A program made the position numbers and the translations under genes. 59,321 nucleotides of DNA from a bacterium (GTDB lineage Bacteria > SAR324 > XYD2-FULL-50-16). This document shows positions 17,515-29,937 of this stretch, in pieces; the stretch's first letter is position 1, and the number at the start of each line of letters is the position of its first letter. The stretch covers positions 607,304 through 666,624 of the forward strand of contig JAVVEA010000001.1 of NCBI GenBank assembly GCA_032250835.1, given 5' to 3'. The notes beneath the pieces are model-generated. The model was not told the origin of the DNA, did no database searches, and was given only the letters and a program-made list of their open reading frames with translations.

Positions 17515-18124
17515 GAGGTTACAAGGAAGGGTATTGGGAGTGGTTCGGGGCTAAAGGATAAACCCAAGGGCAACGCAGAAGCAATGTGTAGGCATATAGC
17601 CTTCGCCAAAAGGGACTTCGGTCCTGCACCGCTAAATTACTTTCGTTGAGCCATAGACCGATGTTAAGGCCTCTCTATTAATCTACCGCCCGGTCCGATA
17701 GCTGTCCAGACTACCCAATTTAGCACCTGAAATGTAGTCAGGAAAAACACCTAAGTTGAAGGCTTGAGTATAGATAAATAAAGGGTTGTAAGGTAGCTCA
17801 CACTTGAGATTCTCACCAAAAGCTAAACCGTATTTTTTTCGATCTAAGTTAGAGGATTCTAAGCCCCCCTTTTCGTCTTCAAAGCAAACTATGGAAACCA
17901 ATTTAAGCTGAATATTCAGTCAACAGAATAAACTCTGATTCGACTATCAGGTTGGGGCGCCAAACCCAAAAGGCGGCTTTTTGGTAGGGCACGTGATTTT
18001 TTTAGGGGCCTATTTAGCAACCTGTGCTCTCTAAGGAAAACTCCTCGGTGGATTTTAGCGGCTTGTCTTTGTAGACAAACTTAGGGAAGATGCCAAAATA
18101 AATGACCTGTTTATAGGGGGTTCT

Positions 18125-21100
18125 GTGACCAAGCAGAAATTTTTGGCTGCGCTGATTCTCGTTTTTTTAGCGCTTACCTGCGCCCAGGGGGTATCGGCCC
18201 TTCAGTTGACCGACAGCCAAAAGGCTTGGCTCGCCGAGCACCCAAAAATCCGCGTTTCCAACGAAAACGACTGGCCGCCCTTTGACTTCCGCAGCAACGG
18301 CCAACCCCAAGGCATTTCAGTAGAACTCATTGAGTTGCTGGCCCAAGAGATAGGGTTTGAGATTGAATGGGTCCATGGCTACACTTGGGCCGAATTGTTG
18401 CAACTAGCCGAACAGGGTGAGGTTGATGTCTTGACCAGCATTGTCCAAACCCAGGACCGTGCGCGCTACCTAAGCTTTACCCGGCCTTATGTAGAAACCC
18501 CGATGGTCATTTACGTCCGCAAGGGGGAACACTCGATCCAAGGGCTCAACCATCTTCAGGGCAAAACCGTAGCGGTCATCCCCGGTTTTAGCAACCAGCA
18601 GGAACTGTCCCGTCTTTACCCTCAAATTGGCCAACTACCGGTTCGCAACGTTTCGGAGGGATTAAAGGCCGTCTCTTTCGCGCGGGCCGATGCCTTTATT
18701 GAAGGCATGGCCGTAGGGAATTATGAAATCCAAAAACAATTGATCACCGGGCTTAAGGTGGTGGGACAAGGGGGGTTAAAGGAACTAACCTCCTACCAAT
18801 TGACCTTTGCTGTGCGAAAAGAAATTGAACCTCTGCGGGAGCTATTGCAACAAGCCTTAGACCAGTTACCGCCCCAACAAATTCTTGATATCCAACGTTC
18901 CTGGGTAAGCACAGAGGCAACGCCGCTAAAACCACCGGAGGAAGATAGCTCCCAGTGGACCCTATGGGTTCTTTCGGCACTTTTGGCCGGAGTCTTGTTT
19001 TGGTGGCTGCTTTCGTTGGTCATCAAATCTCGCGGATCAAAACTCGAACAGGTCCAAACGATCCGCACCTTGATGCTCTTGGGTGGATTTCTCGCGGTAG
19101 CCGTTTTGGTCGGGTGGCTTGGCTTAGATCAAGTTTCGCAGCAGATTCGCCTAGAAGTCGGCGCTAATTTGCGCCACACCCTCAACGCCACCCAACGCGA
19201 GGTGAGGCAGTGGTTAGATGAAAAACTACATGAACCCCAAACCTACAGCGACCGCCCCGCCTTCGTTGACGCAGCCAAAGAGCTGCTAAACGCCCAGCCA
19301 ACAGTTCAGGGACTTAAACAACATCCGGCCCAAAAAAGGATCAACGGCTTGCTCAATCAATTGGCCGATACGGGCAACTACCAAGACTTTTTCTTTTCCG
19401 ATCTAGATGGGGTGGTCTTGGCCGCCTCAAACCCAAATTATTTGGGAAAACCCTTGTCTTTTATGGAGCCCCAAGTTTTAAAGCAGGCCCTACGCGGCAT
19501 TGCGAAGTTTCAATTCCCTCATCTTAAGGGCAATCCCCCCGACCCGATCCGCCAGAAGCTAGTGCTTTGCAGCCCCGTCAAAGACGCTCAAGGCCAACCG
19601 CTGGGGCTATTGGTCTTAAGCCTAGATCCTTACCGAGAATTTAGCACTATCTCCCAAGGGGCCCGTACGGGGGACACCGGTGAAACTTATCTATTGGACC
19701 CACAGGGGGTAGTGCTTACTCAGTTGCGTTTTGAAGGCTATCTGGCCCAAGTTGGGCTGCTGCCTGAAGGACAAGGGAGTATCGGAGCCCTACGCTTGGC
19801 GGACCCTGGTACAGACCTGACCCGATCAAAAGGTCCGGTACCGCAGGGTAGCCCCTTAACCCTTTTGGCCCAACAGGCCACCCGCGGCAAATCGGGGGAA
19901 AACCTGGACGGCTACCGGGATTACCGGGGGGTAAAGGTAGTCGGGGCTTGGGCCTGGGACGAGCGCTTGGGGGTGGGGATTGCCAACGAAGTGGATTACG
20001 CCGAAGCCTTCACGACCTACCGACAAATCCGCAATACCTTGGTGACCATCTTAGCGGTCACCCTCACCATTTTTATTGGCTTTACCCTCAAGCTGTTGCG
20101 CGACCAACGCAAACTAGCCGAAGAGGGGCTAGCTCGCGAACAAGCCGCCCTAGCATTGCGTGAATCGGAAGAAAAAAGCCGCCTGTTGCTGGATTCGATC
20201 AGCGAAGGGATTTTTGGCGTGGACCTTTTGGGTAAAATCACCTTCATCAACCCCGCCGGGGCCAAGCTTTTGGGGTATCAATCCAAGGAACTGTTGGATC
20301 AGGCAGCCCACGCGCTCATCCACCATACCTATGCCGACGGGAGCCCCTACCCGGTCGAAAACTGCCCGATGTATATCGCCTTCACCCAAGGCAAACCAGG
20401 CTTTACAGACGCCGAGGTGCTGTGGTGCAAAGACGGCTCCAGCATACCGGTAGAATACAGCGCCGTACCCATGTTTTCGGACCACCAACTGGTCGGTGCG
20501 GTGATCACCTTCCACGATATTTCCGAACGGATCGCCGCCCAGGCACAGTTGCGCGAAAGCGAAGAACGGCTGCGTTTTTCCCTTTCGGGCATGGGGGCTT
20601 ATTACTGGATTGTGGACTTAGCTGAAGGCACGGCGACCTACCAAAGCCCGCAGTTTTACGCCCAATACGGATACGCAGAGGCCGAAGTACCCCGATTGGT
20701 TTACCAATATTTGGACCTGATCCACCCCGAGGACCTGAGCGCGGTAACCGCCGCCTTTGGCAGTGAAGGGACCCAAGGAAAAGATTCCACCGAAGTCGAA
20801 TTCCGATTTAAGCGCAAAAACGGCAGTTGGGCCTGGATCTACAACCGGGGCGCGGTTTTAGAAAGAGACTCCAAGGGCAAACCATTCAAACTGGCAGGTA
20901 TCTCCGTAGACGTGACCGAGCGCAAACAAGAGCAGTCTCTGGCCGAAGAGAATGAGGCGATTGCGGCCCAGATGAAGGAGGTAGAACGGTTCAACCGCTT
21001 AGCCAAAGACCGCGAAGCCCGCATCGTGGAGCTTAAGGAAAAGGTCAATGCCTACGCCCGGCACAACGGAGAGATGCCCCCCTTCACCCAAATCGACGAG

Positions 21101-24100
21101 CTGTTGGACTCTTTTGAAGATCAATCCGAGGTCTGCTTGCTGGACGTCGAGCAAGAATCTTGGGATGAAGTGATTGAAATGTTAAGTAGCGAGGAGCTGA
21201 ACCATCTTTTTGAAACCTTCTGCGACAATATTGGCGTTCCGGCAGCGATCATTGACCTTGAGGGCAAAGTACTAGCCTCTTCTAAATGGCAACGGGCCTG
21301 CACCGATTTCCACCGTGTCAACGAACAGACTTGCGCGCGCTGCATTGAGTCAGATACGGAACTTGCGCTCAACTTAACGGCAGGCAAAGAGTACAGCATC
21401 TACCGCTGTAAAAATGGACTGACCGACGCGGCCAGTCCGCTGAAACTCGGGGGCCGACATATTGCCAACGTCTTCATTGGGCAATTCTTTTTAGAGCAAC
21501 CTGACCGGGCGTTCTTCGAGGCTCAGGGCCACCAATTTGGCTTTGATCTCCAAGACTATATGCAGGCGATCCAAGAAGTCCCGGTGATCACCGAAACGCG
21601 CTTGCCCACGATCTTGGCATTCTTGACGGGCTTCGCCAAACTCTTTGCCTCTCTTTCCTTAGAACGCACCCGCAGCGCCCAAGCCGAAAGAGCGAGCCAA
21701 GCCAGAGCAGCCGAGCTCCAGGTCGAGCGCGTCGCCGCCATCAGCTTAGCTGAAGACACGGACTTAGCCCGCCTCGAACTGGCCCGCTATAAAGACCAGC
21801 TAGAAGAACTGGTCGCCGAACGGACCAAGAAGCTGCACCAAAGCCAGCAGCAATTGCAGGCTATTTTGGATAACAGCCCGGCCTTGGTCTATATGAAGAA
21901 CATTGAAGGCCGTTACCAGATGGTTAACCAGCCCTGGTGCGAGTTGCTGGGCGTGACCCAAGAATCTAGCCTGGGCCGCGATGACCTAGAACTGTTTGGG
22001 TCCGAGATGGGCCCTCAATTTGCCCAAAATGATCAACTGGTTCTGGATTCACGCCAAACCATGCAGTTTGAGGAAAAAGCCCCCCATGCCGACGGCACAG
22101 AGCATACCTATTTAAGTTATAAGTTTCCGTTGATCGACGAGGAAGGTATCCCCTGGGCGGTCTGCGGCATCAGCACCGACATCACCGAGCGATTGGGCGC
22201 TGAAGAAGAGGTGCGCCGCAGCCAGCAGCAGCTAAAGGCCCTGTTCGCCGCATTGCCCGTTGGGGTCGTGATGATCGACCCAGCCGGTCGAATCGCCGAA
22301 GCGAATCAGATCAGTGAAGCCATTTTAGGGGTCTCAGCAGACGAGCATAAACAGCGCAACCTAAACAGCCAGGCTTGGGTGATCGAACGACCTGACGCAA
22401 CGGTGATGCCGCCCGAAGAATACCCGGCGAACCGAGCGCTGGTTGAAGGGGTTGAGGTAAAAAACGTGGAGATGGTGGTGCACCGCCCCCAAGGGGACCG
22501 GGTTTGGATCAATACCAGCGCCGCCCCCATTCCCGCAGAAGCAGGCGGCGGCGTGGCGGTGGCCTTCGAAGACGTGACCCACCGCAAGGAACTAGAGCGG
22601 GCTTTATCCGAAGAGGGAGAACGGCTACGGCAAATCTTAGACACCTCCCCGGTGGGCGTGGCGATTTCCAGCGAAGACGTCTTTAAATTTGCCAACCCCA
22701 AGATGATGGAGTTGGTGGGCATCGAAGTGGGCAAGAAGTCTCCGCAAATATATGTAGAGCCTAAAGAGCGTGATTATGTGATCGAGCAGGTGCAACAACA
22801 AGGGATTTTGCAGAACTATGAGGTCCAGGTTTATGGGCCCGAGGGGCAAATCCGCGATGTGTTGATCACCTATATGAAATATCAGTACCAAGGGGCTCCA
22901 GCCCTTTTGGGTTGGTTGGTTGATATTACAGACCGCAAACAAGCCGAGCAGGAGTTGTGGCAAGCCAAACAAGCGGCGGATCACGCTAATTTCCTCTCGG
23001 ACATTGCCCTTGAAATAACCGGAAGTGGCTATTGGCACGTCGATTACAGCGACCCAGAGTATTATTACCAATCCGAGCGGGCCGCCAAAATTCTGGGTGA
23101 TCCGCCTAAGCCTGATGGACGCTACCATTTGCAAGAGGAATGGTTCACTCACCTTGTCGAAGCCAACCAAGAAATAGCGGACCACACCGCCGAACGCTAT
23201 CAAGGGGCCATTGAAGGGAAATATGACAGCTATGACGCGGTCTATGCCTACAAACGACCGGTCGACGGACAGATCGTCTGGGTCCATGCCAACGGCAAGC
23301 TGGTTCGGGCTGATGATGGCACCATACGTTACATGTATGGAGCCTACCAGGACATCACCCAGCAAAAGTTGGCTGACGATGCCATCAAAGCAGCGCAACA
23401 AGAAGCCCAAGAGGCCAAGCAGCGTCTGGAAATCGCCCTGGAGTCCGCCAAAATGGGCACTTGGAAGTATTTACCGCAAGAAAACCGGCTAGAAGCCGAT
23501 AGCGGAACGATCAGACTCTACGGTCTAGAAGACGTAACTTTGGACGGGACTTTGGGCCAATGGTTCACCTATGTGGACCCAGAGGACGCCCAACAGATCG
23601 GTGCCTTAATGGCAGAAACCATGAGCCATCAAATATGTGACTACCAAGCGACCTTCAAAGTAAACAAGCCAAACCAACAGGTCATGCACATCATGTCTTC
23701 CGGTAAATTCACCTATGGGGAACAAGGCGAGCCCTTAGAAGCAACCGGATTGGTCTGGGATATTAGCGAAATAAAAGAAGCGGAACTGGCTCTAGCCAAA
23801 GCTAAAGAAGCGGCCGAAGAGGCCACCAAGGCCAAGTCGGACTTCTTAGCCAACATGAGCCACGAAATCCGTACCCCCATGAACGCCATCATTGGCATGG
23901 CCCATTTGGCCAGCTTAACGGAGCTAAAGCCCAAGCAACAAGACTATGTCACTAAAATCCAGAACTCGGCCAATGCCTTGTTGCGGATCATCAACGACAT
24001 CTTAGACTTCAGCAAGATCGAGGCAGGGCGCTTGGATATGGAGCAGGTGCCCTTTATGCTGGATGAGGTGGTCGACAACTTGGCGACGCTCAACAACATC

Positions 24101-25987
24101 AAGGCCCATGAAAAGGGCCTAGAATTCCTGATCGATGTGGACCCGGTGCTACCGCACTATCTAAACGGTGACCCCTTGAGGCTCGGTCAGGTGCTGTTAA
24201 ACTTGGTAAGTAATGCCATCAAATTCACCGCCGAAGGGGAGGTGACGGTGGCGGTGAAATTACTAGAAAAGAAGGAACAGAACATCTTCTTAGAATTCTC
24301 GGTGCAAGACAGCGGCATCGGCCTAACTGAGGAGCAACGAGGCAAGCTCTTCCAATCCTTCAGTCAGGCCGACGGCAGCACCACCCGCAAATTTGGCGGT
24401 ACCGGTCTGGGCCTAGCGATCAGCAAGCGGTTGGTGGAAATGATGGGCGGGAAAATCTGGGTGGAATCAGAGCCCGGCAAAGGGAGCCGCTTTATCTTTA
24501 CCGCCCATTTTGGGATTCCCGAAGATATGCCGCTGCGTCCCGCGCTTTCGGTGGATTTGCGGGGTCTGAAGGTCTTGGTGGTCGATGACAACCAAGCGAG
24601 CCGTGAGATCATCGAAGAATCCTTGAAGGCGCTCCAACTAGAAGTGGGCCAAGCGGCCAGCGGAGACGAGGCGATTGCTGCTTTAAAAGATGCAGACGCC
24701 AGCGCTCCCTATCAACTGGTCATGATGGATTGGGAAATGCCCGGTAAAAACGGCATCGAAACCGCCAAAGCCATCCAATCCGACCCGAACCTGCAACACT
24801 TGCCCACCGTGTTTATGGTGACCGCCTACGGGCGAGATGAGGTGATGCAAGAGGCGACGGCGGCGGGCTTTGAAGAATTCTTGGTCAAGCCGGTTACCCA
24901 GTCCACCCTCTTCGACGCCCTGATGCGTACCTTTGGTCAGGGCCCGGCAAAGATCGCCAAGCGCCGCGTCGAGACCTTAGACCCCCGGACGCTTGCGGGC
25001 CTCAAAGGCCTGAATATCCTTTTGGTTGAAGACAACGAGGTCAACCAGCAGGTGGCCACCGAACTCCTAGAAATGGCCGGGATTAAGGTTCAAATTGCCT
25101 CAAACGGGCGGATCGCCGTAGAAAAAGCTGCTGGAGGTGCTTTTGATCTGGTCTTGATGGATATCCAAATGCCGGAGATGGACGGCTATCAAGCGACCCA
25201 AGCGATACGCAAAGACCCCAGCAAAGCAGACCTGCCGATCCTGGCCATGACCGCCAACGCCATGGAAGGGGACCGGGAAAAATGCCTGGAAGCGGGGATG
25301 GACGACCATATCGCCAAGCCCATCAACCCCAATGAACTGTTTGATGCGCTTGCCCGCTGGAGCGGGCGGGAACTGCTTGAGGGCTTGGCCCCGGGCCCAG
25401 AGGTCAGTCAAGAGTTGCCTGAATTAGCAGGAATCGACGTGGCCAGCGGTTTACGCCGCATGGGCGGCAATCTAGAGGCCTACCGTAGGGTTTTGGACAA
25501 ATTTGCGCTCAACCAAGCCGAAGCAGTCGAACGCCTGCGCAAAGCACTGGCACAAAAGGACCCAGAGACCGCCGCGCGTGAAGCCCATACTTTAAAAGGC
25601 GTCGCCGGCAACATTGGTGCCCAAGCGCTATTCGAGGCCGCGCAGGTATTAGACCACCGCTGTAAAGAGCAGGAGGCCCCCGAGGAAGCCGAACTGGAAG
25701 CGGCCGCTGCGGCTCTGGCGCTGGTTTTAAATTCTATAGCCCTGTACCAACCAGCCCAGGACGGCCCGAAGACAGCGATAGACCCGGCAGAGCTTCAAGG
25801 GCTAACGGAGCGTTTAGAAGCGCTACTTAAAGACGACGATACCGAGGCGCTGGACCTGAGCGAAGAGTTGACCCAGCGATTGGGTGCCAACGAACACCTA
25901 ACTCAGTTGGCCCGAGCGGTGGGCAACTATGATTTTGACGAGGCCTTAGAGCAGTTGGCGGCCTTTCGAGCGACCTTAAACCCCTAG
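18125..25987 (+). CDS. Giant hybrid sensor kinase (SBP, Cache, multiple PAS, PocR, HisKA/HATPase, 2 REC, HPt)
   Basis: DWPPFDF SBP motif, PocR cysteines ([22 protein letters not shown]), [21 protein letters not shown], two REC domains, [13 protein letters not shown] HPt. Confidence 0.95.
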   Translation: MTKQKFLAALILVFLALTCAQGVSALQLTDSQKAWLAEHPKIRVSNENDWPPFDFRSNGQPQGISVELIELLAQEIGFEIEWVHGYTWAELLQLAEQGEVDVLTSIVQTQDRARYLSFTRPYVETPMVIYVRKGEHSIQGLNHLQGKTVAVIPGFSNQQELSRLYPQIGQLPVRNVSEGLKAVSFARADAFIEGMAVGNYEIQKQLITGLKVVGQGGLKELTSYQLTFAVRKEIEPLRELLQQALDQLPPQQILDIQRSWVSTEATPLKPPEEDSSQWTLWVLSALLAGVLFWWLLSLVIKSRGSKLEQVQTIRTLMLLGGFLAVAVLVGWLGLDQVSQQIRLEVGANLRHTLNATQREVRQWLDEKLHEPQTYSDRPAFVDAAKELLNAQPTVQGLKQHPAQKRINGLLNQLADTGNYQDFFFSDLDGVVLAASNPNYLGKPLSFMEPQVLKQALRGIAKFQFPHLKGNPPDPIRQKLVLCSPVKDAQGQPLGLLVLSLDPYREFSTISQGARTGDTGETYLLDPQGVVLTQLRFEGYLAQVGLLPEGQGSIGALRLADPGTDLTRSKGPVPQGSPLTLLAQQATRGKSGENLDGYRDYRGVKVVGAWAWDERLGVGIANEVDYAEAFTTYRQIRNTLVTILAVTLTIFIGFTLKLLRDQRKLAEEGLAREQAALALRESEEKSRLLLDSISEGIFGVDLLGKITFINPAGAKLLGYQSKELLDQAAHALIHHTYADGSPYPVENCPMYIAFTQGKPGFTDAEVLWCKDGSSIPVEYSAVPMFSDHQLVGAVITFHDISERIAAQAQLRESEERLRFSLSGMGAYYWIVDLAEGTATYQSPQFYAQYGYAEAEVPRLVYQYLDLIHPEDLSAVTAAFGSEGTQGKDSTEVEFRFKRKNGSWAWIYNRGAVLERDSKGKPFKLAGISVDVTERKQEQSLAEENEAIAAQMKEVERFNRLAKDREARIVELKEKVNAYARHNGEMPPFTQIDELLDSFEDQSEVCLLDVEQESWDEVIEMLSSEELNHLFETFCDNIGVPAAIIDLEGKVLASSKWQRACTDFHRVNEQTCARCIESDTELALNLTAGKEYSIYRCKNGLTDAASPLKLGGRHIANVFIGQFFLEQPDRAFFEAQGHQFGFDLQDYMQAIQEVPVITETRLPTILAFLTGFAKLFASLSLERTRSAQAERASQARAAELQVERVAAISLAEDTDLARLELARYKDQLEELVAERTKKLHQSQQQLQAILDNSPALVYMKNIEGRYQMVNQPWCELLGVTQESSLGRDDLELFGSEMGPQFAQNDQLVLDSRQTMQFEEKAPHADGTEHTYLSYKFPLIDEEGIPWAVCGISTDITERLGAEEEVRRSQQQLKALFAALPVGVVMIDPAGRIAEANQISEAILGVSADEHKQRNLNSQAWVIERPDATVMPPEEYPANRALVEGVEVKNVEMVVHRPQGDRVWINTSAAPIPAEAGGGVAVAFEDVTHRKELERALSEEGERLRQILDTSPVGVAISSEDVFKFANPKMMELVGIEVGKKSPQIYVEPKERDYVIEQVQQQGILQNYEVQVYGPEGQIRDVLITYMKYQYQGAPALLGWLVDITDRKQAEQELWQAKQAADHANFLSDIALEITGSGYWHVDYSDPEYYYQSERAAKILGDPPKPDGRYHLQEEWFTHLVEANQEIADHTAERYQGAIEGKYDSYDAVYAYKRPVDGQIVWVHANGKLVRADDGTIRYMYGAYQDITQQKLADDAIKAAQQEAQEAKQRLEIALESAKMGTWKYLPQENRLEADSGTIRLYGLEDVTLDGTLGQWFTYVDPEDAQQIGALMAETMSHQICDYQATFKVNKPNQQVMHIMSSGKFTYGEQGEPLEATGLVWDISEIKEAELALAKAKEAAEEATKAKSDFLANMSHEIRTPMNAIIGMAHLASLTELKPKQQDYVTKIQNSANALLRIINDILDFSKIEAGRLDMEQVPFMLDEVVDNLATLNNIKAHEKGLEFLIDVDPVLPHYLNGDPLRLGQVLLNLVSNAIKFTAEGEVTVAVKLLEKKEQNIFLEFSVQDSGIGLTEEQRGKLFQSFSQADGSTTRKFGGTGLGLAISKRLVEMMGGKIWVESEPGKGSRFIFTAHFGIPEDMPLRPALSVDLRGLKVLVVDDNQASREIIEESLKALQLEVGQAASGDEAIAALKDADASAPYQLVMMDWEMPGKNGIETAKAIQSDPNLQHLPTVFMVTAYGRDEVMQEATAAGFEEFLVKPVTQSTLFDALMRTFGQGPAKIAKRRVETLDPRTLAGLKGLNILLVEDNEVNQQVATELLEMAGIKVQIASNGRIAVEKAAGGAFDLVLMDIQMPEMDGYQATQAIRKDPSKADLPILAMTANAMEGDREKCLEAGMDDHIAKPINPNELFDALARWSGRELLEGLAPGPEVSQELPELAGIDVASGLRRMGGNLEAYRRVLDKFALNQAEAVERLRKALAQKDPETAAREAHTLKGVAGNIGAQALFEAAQVLDHRCKEQEAPEEAELEAAAAALALVLNSIALYQPAQDGPKTAIDPAELQGLTERLEALLKDDDTEALDLSEELTQRLGANEHLTQLARAVGNYDFDEALEQLAAFRATLNP

Positions 25988-25994
25988 GAGCCTC

Positions 25995-27026
25995 ATGAAC
26001 GAGCAAGCCACCCTATTAGTTGTCGATGACACACCTGAGAATATCGACGTTCTTAAAGGATTGTTGTCCGGGGACTACAAGATCAAAGCGGCAATCAACG
26101 GCGAGCGGGCGCTCAAAATCGCCAGCAGCGACCAACCGCCCGATTTGATCCTACTCGACATCATGATGCCGGGCATGGACGGTTACGAAGTCTGCCGTCG
26201 CCTCAAGGCGGAACCCAAGACTGCACCCATTCCGGTGATCTTTTTAACCGCTAAGGCGGAAACGGCCGACGAAGAGGCGGGCCTTAAACTTGGGGCCGTG
26301 GATTACATCACCAAACCGATCAGCCCGCCGATCGTCAAGGCCCGCGTGGCCACTCAGCTGGCGCTGTTCAACCAAAGCCGCGCCCTAGAAGCGAAAGTCC
26401 AAGAGCGTACCGCTATGCTCGAAAAAACCCGGTTACAGGTGATCCAGCGCTTGGGCCGGGCGGCAGAGTTTAAAGACAACGAAACGGGCCTGCATGTGAT
26501 CCGCATGAGCCATTACAGCGCCCTGCTGGCTGAAGCCGCCGGATGGGCCGCCGCGGAGGTGCAACTACTACTCAGCGCCGCACCGATGCACGACATTGGC
26601 AAGATCGGCATACCCGATGCAGTCTTAACCAAACCGGCGAAATTGGATGATCAAGAATGGCAGACGATGCGAAAACACCCAGACATCGGTGCGGAGATCT
26701 TGGGCGAAGAGGGCACCGCCTTGATGGATTTGGCCCGTCAGGTAGCTTTGACGCACCACGAAAAATGGGACGGAAGTGGTTACCCCAAGGGTTTGGCCAA
26801 AGATGCCATCCCGCAGGCTGGACGGATCGTGGCCATTGCCGATGTCTTTGACGCCCTCACCTGCGTGCGGCCCTATAAAAAGGCCTGGAGTACCGAAGAT
26901 GCGGTTCAGTTGATCCAAGACGAAGCAGGCAAGCACTTTGACCCCCAACTAGTGCCCCTTTTTGTTTCTATTTTGCCGCAAATAGAAGCGGTCCGAAAAC
27001 AGTATGCCGAAGGACAGGCCTCATGA
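25995..27026 (+). CDS. Response regulator with HD-GYP c-di-GMP phosphodiesterase domain (RpfG-like)
   Basis: REC domain, MHDIGKIGIPD and HHEKWDGSGYP. Confidence 0.95.
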   Translation: MNEQATLLVVDDTPENIDVLKGLLSGDYKIKAAINGERALKIASSDQPPDLILLDIMMPGMDGYEVCRRLKAEPKTAPIPVIFLTAKAETADEEAGLKLGAVDYITKPISPPIVKARVATQLALFNQSRALEAKVQERTAMLEKTRLQVIQRLGRAAEFKDNETGLHVIRMSHYSALLAEAAGWAAAEVQLLLSAAPMHDIGKIGIPDAVLTKPAKLDDQEWQTMRKHPDIGAEILGEEGTALMDLARQVALTHHEKWDGSGYPKGLAKDAIPQAGRIVAIADVFDALTCVRPYKKAWSTEDAVQLIQDEAGKHFDPQLVPLFVSILPQIEAVRKQYAEGQAS

Positions 27027-28390
27027 CCCCAGAAAAAGAAACGATCCTGATTGTCGATGATACGCCCGAAAACATTGATGTTTTAAAGGGTATTTTGTCG
27101 CCCCATTTTAAGATCAAAGCCGCCACCAACGGGGAAAAAGCCTTGGTCATTGCCTCAGGTGAAAACCCGCCCGATCTGGTGTTACTGGACATTATGATGC
27201 CCGGTATGGACGGCTATCAGGTCTGTCAAACCCTTAAGAGCCAGCCCGCCACCGCCGAAATTCCGGTGGTCTTTGTGACCGCCATGACCGAGATGGAAGA
27301 CGAAACCAAAGGTTTTGAGGTCGGGGCGGTGGATTTTTTGACCAAGCCCGTACGGCCCCCGGTAGTATTAGCCAGGGTATTAACCCACTTGGCTTTGCGC
27401 CGAAAAAGCCGCGAACTGAGCGAAAGCCTGCAAGAGTTAAAAACCGCGCAAGACCATCTGATCCAATCCGAAAAATTGTCTGCCCTAGGCCAACTGGTTG
27501 CTGGGGTTGCGCATGAGATCAACACCCCGTTAGGCAGCATTAAAAGCTCGGTGGATACAGCCGCCCAAGTGCAGAATTGGTTGCTCAGTGGATTCGCCCC
27601 CTTGGTCGCTACCTTGGACGACAAGGCCCGTACACTGCTGGGCGAAGCCATGCCCGCCTTGGCTCAAGCAGCTCCTTTCCTGGGCAGTTTAGAGGCCCGC
27701 AAACTGGCCAAGGCCTTGGCCGAACAGGTGCCGGGTCTAGAAGAAAACTTGGCCCGAAAATGGGTCTCCTTAGGGCTAGAGCCAAACCTGTTGGTCCGGC
27801 TGGCCCAAGGGCCACCGGAATTGCTGGAGCTCTTCGAATGGTTGGGCAGGCTATCGAGAGCCCTGGCCAACATCAACCAAGCCTCCACCAAAGCCGGGAA
27901 GATTTTATTCTCCTTAAAAAACTATTCTCACTTCAGCACCCAAGAAGAAAAGTCACCGGCCAATTTGGGTGAAGGGATCGAGATGGTCTTGACCCTTTAT
28001 CAGAATCTTCTCAAACAAGGCGTAGAGGTGGTGACGCACTTCGAAGGGTTGCCCCTGGTGCCCTGCTGGCCCGACGAACTGGCCCAGGTTTGGACCAACC
28101 TGTTGCAAAACTCGATTCAGGCTATGAAGGGCAAAGGAAAGATCGAGATCACCGCCCAGGCGAAAGACGGCTGGATCCAGCTGAGTTTTGCCGACAACGG
28201 CCCCGGCGTACCCGACGAACTAAAAGAAAAAATATTCCAGCCCTTTTTCACCACCAAAGGGGCCGGTGAAGGCAGCGGCTTGGGCCTTGATATTTCGCGA
28301 AAAATCATTGAAAAACATGGAGGTAACATCCGCTTAGAGAGCAGCGCGGCGGGCACCACCTTCTTCATCAACCTTCCACTAGGGACTTAA
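27023..28390 (+). CDS. Hybrid REC-histidine kinase
   Basis: N-terminal REC, GVAHEINTPL, FFTTKGAGEGSGLGL. Confidence 0.93.
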   Translation: MTPEKETILIVDDTPENIDVLKGILSPHFKIKAATNGEKALVIASGENPPDLVLLDIMMPGMDGYQVCQTLKSQPATAEIPVVFVTAMTEMEDETKGFEVGAVDFLTKPVRPPVVLARVLTHLALRRKSRELSESLQELKTAQDHLIQSEKLSALGQLVAGVAHEINTPLGSIKSSVDTAAQVQNWLLSGFAPLVATLDDKARTLLGEAMPALAQAAPFLGSLEARKLAKALAEQVPGLEENLARKWVSLGLEPNLLVRLAQGPPELLELFEWLGRLSRALANINQASTKAGKILFSLKNYSHFSTQEEKSPANLGEGIEMVLTLYQNLLKQGVEVVTHFEGLPLVPCWPDELAQVWTNLLQNSIQAMKGKGKIEITAQAKDGWIQLSFADNGPGVPDELKEKIFQPFFTTKGAGEGSGLGLDISRKIIEKHGGNIRLESSAAGTTFFINLPLGT

Positions 28391-28391
28391 T

Positions 28392-29366
28392 ATGGGAAAC
28401 CGCATTGTACTTTGCATCGACGACGAAGATACCGTATTGAGCAGCCTAGAAATGGAGCTGGGCGGGCACCAAGACGGGTACCAAGTAGAAGTCGCCCAAA
28501 GCGGCGAAGATGCCCTGGAATTAGCCCAGGCCTTAGTCGAAGAAGGCCACGAATTGGCCCTAGTAGTCGCCGATTACATCATGCCCGGCATGAAAGGGGA
28601 TGAGGTGTTGATCGCCTTACACAAACAATATCCCCAAGCGGTCAAAATCCTACTCACCGGCCAAGCGCAACTCGAAGGGGTGACCAAAGCCATCAACGAA
28701 GCCCGGCTTTACCGCTACATGGCCAAACCCTGGGAAAAGGAAGACCTGCGGCTAACTGTACAGCAGGGCGTGGAAAAGTTTAAACTGGACCACAAACTAG
28801 CCGAGCAGGAGCAACTGATCCAGCGGCTCAATGAATCTTTAGCAGACGGAACCGGCGAAGAAGCCACAGCAGACCCCAATAAGGCCCTGGAAAACCGTTT
28901 GAGTGAACAGGGTCAATTTGAGGTATTGCTCTTTGGACGCTTCTTCCGCAGCCTGAGCATCGAGCAAAAGGAGTGGGTTGGACGCGCCACCATCGGCCTG
29001 ATCTGCACTGACAAGAAGGTCACCAAGGGCGAAATGGCCTTTGTGGAGGTGATCGTTAAAGACGACCTGAGAAAAGAGGTGGCCGGGAAATGGGTCGATA
29101 TGGTCAAGGCCCAGGAAGTCCCTGTGTTAGACAACCTCAACACCAGCCCGGACTTGCGCTTTGAAATCATGCTTCAGCTTTCGAAGCTGTTCATCGCCCA
29201 GCACCAAATCCGCCCTGACGAAGAGCGCTATTATTACCAAGCTGGCAAACGGCTGGGATTAGACGAGACGGTGATCATTGAGTTTATCAAAGACACCAAG
29301 CTGATGATCCAGAAGCTCTTTAACGAGCGCAAAATCAGGAACCTAATCACCCAGAAAAAGTCCTAA
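28392..29366 (+). CDS. Response regulator with TerB-like C-terminal output domain
   Basis: REC (IDDE, DYIMPGMKG, LLTG, KPW) followed by a helical domain with LICTDKKVTKGE and AQHQIRPDEE repeats. Confidence 0.8.
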   Translation: MGNRIVLCIDDEDTVLSSLEMELGGHQDGYQVEVAQSGEDALELAQALVEEGHELALVVADYIMPGMKGDEVLIALHKQYPQAVKILLTGQAQLEGVTKAINEARLYRYMAKPWEKEDLRLTVQQGVEKFKLDHKLAEQEQLIQRLNESLADGTGEEATADPNKALENRLSEQGQFEVLLFGRFFRSLSIEQKEWVGRATIGLICTDKKVTKGEMAFVEVIVKDDLRKEVAGKWVDMVKAQEVPVLDNLNTSPDLRFEIMLQLSKLFIAQHQIRPDEERYYYQAGKRLGLDETVIIEFIKDTKLMIQKLFNERKIRNLITQKKS

Positions 29367-29480
29367 TTCTGATAATACAAGGCCCCGTGATTGCGGGCAG
29401 ATCAGCAGAGTTTTGCGCGTTATAAAGCGGTAGAGCCCTTAGGCAGCGGGAGCGGAGGGGCTTTAAACAAAGCGCCCCAA

Positions 29481-29933
29481 CTATTTTTTAGAGATGACCC
29501 CGACCACAAAAGCCATCCCCCGCTTTTCGAGCAATTGGGCTCTTGCGCCCTGAGGGATGGTTTCTCCTTCGCTGATTGCGGTCCAGGTACTGTCCTGGAA
29601 TGAAATGCGGCCAGGGGCCCCTGGGCTGATTTCTTCAACCACCGCAACCACCTGCCCTTGCCAGTCCTGGTCACGGTCTAGCTCAACTTTAGAAACCTCC
29701 CCGGTGGGGGCGAGCTTTAACAAAAGCTCACGCAGCATCAAGACCAGCAAGGTAGAGACCACAAACCAACTCAGCAGCGCCTGCATCCAGCCCTCGATCC
29801 AGCCAGCATAAAGCCCCAGACTGACCAAGAGCGCCCCAAAGCCCAGAAAGATCACCACCAAGCCCGGCAGGACGAATTCAAGGAGCATGAGGATTAGGCC
29901 CAAGAGGGTCCAAAAAAGCGTCCAACCGCTCAT
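29481..29933 (-). CDS. NfeD-like membrane protein (C-terminal OB fold)
   Basis: WTLLGLILMLLEFVLPG, GRISFQDSTWTA; next to SPFH genes. Confidence 0.88.
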   Translation of the reverse strand: MSGWTLFWTLLGLILMLLEFVLPGLVVIFLGFGALLVSLGLYAGWIEGWMQALLSWFVVSTLLVLMLRELLLKLAPTGEVSKVELDRDQDWQGQVVAVVEEISPGAPGRISFQDSTWTAISEGETIPQGARAQLLEKRGMAFVVGVISKK

Positions 29934-29937
29934 GGAT

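Noticed and set aside
17683-17901. 72-aa ORF between the MCP and kinase genes
   Set aside because: AT-rich with no recognisable motif; could be a remnant but is unsupported.
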